DNA from: Ascoidea asiatica JCM 7603
Taxonomy: Eukaryota; Fungi; Ascomycota
Assembly: GCA_001600695.1 (NCBI GenBank)
Contig: BCKQ01000001.1
Span: forward strand, 1,042,426 to 1,106,425
DNA length: 64,000 bases
Direction of reading: 5' to 3'
Shown here: positions 58,250 to 64,000 of the stretch, one piece after another
How the letters are laid out: each line of letters begins with the position of its first letter
How positions within the stretch are numbered: the first letter of the stretch is position 1
Position numbers and translations under genes: made by a program
The notes under the pieces: model-generated
The model's database searches: none
Told to the model about the DNA's origin: nothing
What the model saw: the letters and a program-made list of their open reading frames with translations, nothing else

Positions 58250-60511
58250 ATGATTAAAGGTCTTAGAAGGTCATTAAAGCATGAAAAACGTTCTTCTTCA
58301 AATATAAATAATCATCAATCTCCAATTACTTCTCATACAAGAACTAATTCTTCGGCATCTTTTACTCAACAATTATTACAATCTTCAAATAATTCAAATT
58401 CTTCAACTCAAAAATCAACTCCAACTTTAAATGTAAATACAAATTCAAATTTAAATCTTGATGATCATGATAATTTTAATAATATCAATGATAATGATAA
58501 TTCCATATTTCATTCTACAAACGGTGAATTAACTCCAAAAAAAGTAATAAAAGCCTTATATGATTATAATCCAACTGGTCAAGGTGAATTAAAATTTAAA
58601 AAAGATGATTTTTTCTATGTTTTAAATAATGAAAATGATAATGATTGGTTTGATGCTTATAATCCAATAACAAATACTAAAGGTAAAGTACCTGTTTCCT
58701 ATTTTAAAACTTTCACAAGAACAAGACCAAGTACAATTTCATCTTCGAATACAACCTCAAATTTGAATTTAAGTACTTCACCAAATTCAAAATTAAATTT
58801 AAAAAATAATACTAATTCTTTACCAAATTCTTTTAAAAACGGTGATCAACCTTTAATTTCAACTTCAAATTCTTCGAATAGAAATAGTAATAATAGTAAT
58901 TCAAATAATAATATGGATAATTTATTAATTTCAAATTCAAATATTAATACTCCAAATCAAATTATAAGTCCTTCAATAAAAGCAGCAACTTTATATGGTG
59001 TAGTATTATATGATTTTGTAGCTGAAAAAGATGATGAATTAAATGTTAAAGCTGGGGAATCTTTACTGTTATGCGCTCATCATCAATTTGAATGGTTTAT
59101 TGCAAAACCAATTGATTGCTTAGGTGGTCCAGGTTTAGTTCCTGTTTCTTATGTCAGAATAATTAATATTATATCTGGTAAAGAAAGTTCAATGGATATC
59201 AAAGAAGAAATTACTAAAAATAATTTACCAACTGTTCAAGAATGGAAACTTTTAAATGCTCAATATCAAGCTAGTAGTATTTTAGTAAATCCAGATCCTG
59301 TAATTGCAGCTCAAACTCTGGCTCAAGCTCAAGCTCAAGGCCAATCTCAAATTCCACCTCAATCTCAACCTCAACTTTATCCTTCTAGTGGTGATCCACT
59401 TTCTATAAATCCTTATATCTCAAATAACTTTCCACAAAATTCAATTATTCCTCAAAGTGCCATTTCTTCAGGATTTGAACCTAATGAATTTTCCCAAACT
59501 ACAAACAATTATCACTTAGAAGAAATCAAAGAGCAGCAAGAATTTTCATATGAAGTTTTAGCTGTTTCAATTGAAAGAATATATCTTATGAATGATGAAT
59601 ATTGGTATAATGTAATTTGTAAATTATCAAATGATACTGTAAGATCTTTATGGAGATGTTACAAAGATTTTTTCAATTTTCAAAAAATTTTATTGCAAAC
59701 TTTTGTAACTGAAGCTGGTGAATACGATAAAAAAAATAGAATTTTACCTTTTATACCGGGTCCAGTTGTTTATGTTAGTGAAACTGTTGCAAATAAAAGA
59801 CTTAATGGCCTTGAAAAATATTTGAATGATTTGATTAGATTACCCGATCATATCTCTAAATCTTCTCTAGTTTTAAGTTTGTTTGAATTATCTCAAGAAA
59901 ATGATAAAGAATATACCACTGAACAATTTATACAATCATATTCTTCAAACTCAACCTCAAATCGTTCTTCAGATACTAAAGAATCATTATCAACAGATGC
60001 TACTAGTGCAAATGATTTTGATAATGATAATAATACAATTTCAAACAATATGAAAGATTTGTCTTTAAGTTCAAATGATATTTCACCTTCTGTTCATAAT
60101 AATAATAACATTTCTCATAATACTCATAATGCCAATAATTACAGTGATGTAACAGTAACTAATTCAACATTATTAACTTCTTCTTCAAATCTAAACTTAA
60201 ATTCAAATTCAATATCTACAAGTACAACAATCAAAGAGAACATTCAGCAAACTAAAATCAAGTGCTTTTTTGAAGATGATATATTTGCATTAATGGTCCC
60301 AATTACTATTTCATTTTTGGAACTAAAAATAAAAATTTCTAAAAGGGTCGATTATGAAGTTGAACAAATCAAATTATTTGTTAAAAATAATCCTGAACTA
60401 GAAATAACAAATGATGAACTTTTGTTAAATGCTATTGAACTGGATCCTAAACTTAAATTAATTGTTACAGTTGATGATGACGATGACGATGATGATGACG
60501 ATAAAATATGA
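58250..60511 (+). CDS. BEM1: Polarity scaffold protein (SH3-SH3-PX-PB1)
   Basis: MIKGLRRS N-terminus, KVIKALYDY..ELKFKKDDFF, LYGVVLYDFVAEKDDEL, WFIAKPI..LGGPGLVPVSY, PX (RCYKDFFNFQ..LL..F..EAG, LPFIPGP), PB1 (KIKCFFEDDIFAL). Confidence 0.93.
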   Translation: MIKGLRRSLKHEKRSSSNINNHQSPITSHTRTNSSASFTQQLLQSSNNSNSSTQKSTPTLNVNTNSNLNLDDHDNFNNINDNDNSIFHSTNGELTPKKVIKALYDYNPTGQGELKFKKDDFFYVLNNENDNDWFDAYNPITNTKGKVPVSYFKTFTRTRPSTISSSNTTSNLNLSTSPNSKLNLKNNTNSLPNSFKNGDQPLISTSNSSNRNSNNSNSNNNMDNLLISNSNINTPNQIISPSIKAATLYGVVLYDFVAEKDDELNVKAGESLLLCAHHQFEWFIAKPIDCLGGPGLVPVSYVRIINIISGKESSMDIKEEITKNNLPTVQEWKLLNAQYQASSILVNPDPVIAAQTLAQAQAQGQSQIPPQSQPQLYPSSGDPLSINPYISNNFPQNSIIPQSAISSGFEPNEFSQTTNNYHLEEIKEQQEFSYEVLAVSIERIYLMNDEYWYNVICKLSNDTVRSLWRCYKDFFNFQKILLQTFVTEAGEYDKKNRILPFIPGPVVYVSETVANKRLNGLEKYLNDLIRLPDHISKSSLVLSLFELSQENDKEYTTEQFIQSYSSNSTSNRSSDTKESLSTDATSANDFDNDNNTISNNMKDLSLSSNDISPSVHNNNNISHNTHNANNYSDVTVTNSTLLTSSSNLNLNSNSISTSTTIKENIQQTKIKCFFEDDIFALMVPITISFLELKIKISKRVDYEVEQIKLFVKNNPELEITNDELLLNAIELDPKLKLIVTVDDDDDDDDDDKI

Positions 60512-61308
60512 TGAGATATGAAATATTGAGTTTTTTGTCCTTTTTTTTAAAAAAAAAAAATAAAAATGATATTTGAAATGAATTGTATTCAGTTATTTCA
60601 TTTATCGATTTTCATGTTCTAATAACTCTAATCATGAGTTAGATTTACATATGAACAAGTTTTAGATACCAACTTATCAAATTTTATTAATCAGTTAGTC
60701 AAACGTTTTTATTTTGATTACTTATTGATTTAATTTTTGTTATATATTATTCTATTTTACTGCTTTTATTGTTGTCATTATTGTTGTCATTATTTTATTT
60801 CGTTTTTGTTGATTTTTTTTTCTTTAGAAGAGTTAATTTTGAGTTTAACTCAAGATATAAAACTGAATTTATTAAATTAAATTTCGAAATCAATCGATCA
60901 TTCTTTTCATTGGAAATTTTTTTTTCAAATATCATTTCAAATTTTATATATTATTTCAAACTTTCGTTTAGTTTTTGAATATTTTTTTTTTTGGCTTTCG
61001 TTTTTTCGTTTTTTCGTTTTTTAGTTTATTTGTTTTTTCGTTTTTAAATCTTTTTTTTTATTCTTTGAAATTTCTCTCACATTTTTCTAAATTAAATTCA
61101 AATTAAGTTTTATATATAAGTTTATATTGTTTATATTACTCTTTTTAATGCTGTAATATGGATTATGGTGCTTATTTTATATTTACCTATATAATATGAA
61201 TAGCTGAATTAAATATTAGGGTATTAGTTTCTTTTTTCTTCTTGGATATCATTTTTTGTTTTTGTTTTTGTTTTTAGAAGATTTTATTTTGTTCTTTATT
61301 CTTATTCC

Positions 61309-61380
<72 letters not shown>

Positions 61381-61455
61381 TATTATTATTATTATTATTA
61401 TTACTGTTATTATTATTTATTATTATTATTATCATTATTATTATCATTACTATTA
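61309..61455. repeat. (ATT)n microsatellite with interruptions
   Basis: Seen directly; it produces the spurious poly-Ile/poly-Tyr ORF. Confidence 0.95.
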
Positions 61456-61798
61456 ATTAATTCAAGATAACTTTTAGTTAAGAAGAAATATTACTTTGGT
61501 ACAATTGACGTTATTTTATTTACACATTTTGTTTATTACTTATTACTCGTTATCTACTATTTAGTATCTATTATCTAATTATTGTTTATTTTTTGTTATG
61601 TGATTATAGTTATCCGGTTGTAATGAGTAAATATAATTAAATAAAAAGTAATAGATATTAGTGAGATATTCGTTCTAAAAAAATTAAACAATAAATTTTG
61701 TAAATGTAAATAGATTATGAAAAAAAAATGATTTACTTTGAATTATGAAAGTTTGTAATTATTTTGAATTTGATACTAACTTGAAATCATTTTGACAT

Positions 61799-62575
61799 TT
61801 ATGAGAAGTCTTTCAACGGAATATTATTTGTGTTATTATTTATTACTTTATTATTACTATTATTATTCTGATTATTTTGATTACTTGAATGCGAGTGGGA
61901 CTGGGACTGGGACTGGGACTGGGACTGGGATTGTGATTGAGAATTAGATTGAGAATTTGATTGAGAGATAGATTGTGAGTTAGGCTGAACTATACCTAAT
62001 TCTTGATCTATCATACCATCAAAAAAAGAATCTCTTAATTCTTTCCATTGTAAAGTTAAAGTACCTAAACTTACTAGAATTATAATTGAGAAAAATTGTA
62101 GGAACCACCAAGATAAATTTTTTGGAAATTGAGAAGAATAAAGCCAAACTACAATTAAATTTATGAGATGTAAAGTCAAAGCAAAATCCCAAGCAAGTTT
62201 AGATCTACCTATGATTAAAGCCATTAATAAGACAGATAATAAGGTATCTAAAAGCCAAAGTATGGATAAAGTAAAACCTAAGACATTTGTTATACTTATA
62301 AGTTCCCAAGAAAACACCCAATTAAAAGTAAATTCATATCCTGCAATTAAACAAAGAAATAAATAAAAAAGTATTGTTGCAGTTATATAATATAGGGATT
62401 GTAATAGAATTATCTGAAAGAATAATCTTCTTGGGGATAGATAATTTTTACTTTTATTATTATTATTATTAGTATTTCTGTTATTATTTCTTGTATTTTT
62501 ATTATTATTAGATAGATCAAGTGAAGATAGTTTTTTATAACCGGAATTTAAATTTTTCAAAATATTTACCTTCAT
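61799..62575 (-). CDS. SYS1: Golgi integral membrane protein Sys1
   Basis: SP..LFFQIILLQSLYY, FSWE, IIGRSKLAWDFALTLH, WW, LGT...QWKELRDSFFDGMID; SQ-repeat tail encoded by (TCCCAG)n. Confidence 0.9.
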   Translation of the reverse strand: MKVNILKNLNSGYKKLSSLDLSNNNKNTRNNNRNTNNNNNKSKNYLSPRRLFFQIILLQSLYYITATILFYLFLCLIAGYEFTFNWVFSWELISITNVLGFTLSILWLLDTLLSVLLMALIIGRSKLAWDFALTLHLINLIVVWLYSSQFPKNLSWWFLQFFSIIILVSLGTLTLQWKELRDSFFDGMIDQELGIVQPNSQSISQSNSQSNSQSQSQSQSQSQSQSHSHSSNQNNQNNNSNNKVINNNTNNIPLKDFS

Positions 62576-64000
62576 TTTTTGAATATTTTATATTATATTA
62601 TTTTATTTTATAGTTGTTATAGATATATTTATATTATTTTATGTATAATAATATATTGAAATTTTGAATTTAGATTGAATTATATTCATAAATCTTAAAG
62701 GGCATTATTTTAACCAAAATTGGAAGTAAAGATCTCAAAATTATAAGGAGGTAGAGCAGAATAAAAAAGTCGAATATTGACAAATATATATCAAATTGAA
62801 ATGGAGCCAATGAAATAAATCAAATATACATGATTGAATCAAATAATATGATTATAAATGATTATATTATTATAATATTCTATTATATTTATTACAATGT
62901 CAATAGATTTACTGTTTAATGGTTTAAACGTCTAAAATCAATCATTATCGTTCAACGTTATATTGAATAATAATTACCTATTCTGAGACTAAAACGCTAT
63001 TATAAAACGTAGCACCCTCGGAAGTAAGCGCACGTGCTTTATGGCCACAAACCTCAAATAAACTCAGTCCCAAAATGTTGGTCTCAAGAATGAAAATTTA
63101 GTTTTTATCTTTGACCCACTGCTCTGGATCTAGTTTAACTCAGTTTTAATTTTTTATCCCGTTCCGTGTGGACTCTGTGCTTCCGTCACATCCTCGGCTA
63201 ATTTATGATCGGAGAATCCCGGAATGCAAAATGATACTTTAAAACAGCATTATTAGGCAATAGAAAGCAAACATGGAAGCTACTAACAAAAGCGGCAGTA
63301 AGCTAAATGTCATGTGAACATGCGGCGGATTACGTAAGATCTGTTTGGCTTTCCGGAGGATAATTCAATTTGCTACCACGGCAGAGAAGCGGAGTGGTGT
63401 ATTATTATTGGTAATATTCATAGTGCTGATATTATTGATATTATTGATAATCTTGATAATATATTGAATTATTCAAGTAACATTGAATAATTATTACCTT
63501 TTTTTATATGTTATTGACTGTTTGGAAGTTATTTACTGTTTCTATTACCACTCCATTATCAGTTTGTAGTGGCTTTCAATCTTCTCTTATTGATTTCAGT
63601 TGTTTATTGATATTTTCTTTTGCTGCTAATCCTTTTCCAGTAAAGATATTAATCAGAAATTATAGTATATTTTCACTTCTTGGTCATATAAATCCCCAAA
63701 TCTTATCACTATTTGTATTATTATAATCATAAGCTATATCATAGAATTAATAGAGAGTAATTTTTCCATTAGAATTATTATTCCCTTTAACCATTCATAT
63801 TTTAATTCTCACTTCAAAATTCCAAAATTTCTATACATTTATATTCTTACATCATTCACAAAATTCATCGACTAATCAAGATATTATTTTTTTTATTCAA
63901 TTGAAAATTTCATTCTTTATATTGGATGTCTCTTTTTTTTTAATAGAAGCTAAAAGCTTTATTATTCTATCAACTGTTCTAAAAAAGTATTATTGTTTCA

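Noticed and set aside
61256-61456. Poly-Ile/poly-Tyr ORF
   Set aside because: Translation of an (ATT)n microsatellite.
1-64000. Species assignment or alternative CUG decoding
   Set aside because: The composition is reminiscent of very AT-rich yeasts, but CTG codons are too few and no CAG-anticodon tRNA is in the window, so neither can be judged.

Overview
This is a very AT-rich budding-yeast (Saccharomycotina-like) chromosomal segment, rich in AAT microsatellites. It holds about 20 protein-coding genes and two convergent tRNA genes (Cys-GCA, Thr-AGT). Housekeeping genes flank the window: a PRM5/YNL058C-like membrane protein, a GH18 chitinase, GEF1, LDB19/ART1, two tandem ACS1-type acetyl-CoA synthetases, a TMEM19-like gene, BEM1 and SYS1. 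The main observation is an apparent metabolic gene cluster at about 37-55.4 kb. It comprises a C2H2/fungal transcription factor, an NCS1 permease, an aldo-keto reductase, an Aro8/9-type aminotransferase (with a 5' intron missed by the ORF track), a 2OG-Fe(II) dioxygenase and a hydantoinase-A/DUF917 fusion. The promoters of these genes share a rare GC-rich motif, GCCCACC/GGTGGGC, in paired arrays, suggesting a co-regulated pathway for using an N-heterocycle. Next to the cluster are an FCY2-like permease, a catalytically dead pogo/Fot1-type transposase with an Asn-rich tail (probably domesticated), and an intron-containing HIS1 paralogue whose catalytic motifs have decayed. A small Cys-rich orphan ORF is also present. 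All protein assignments come from recognising motifs by eye; no database search was run.
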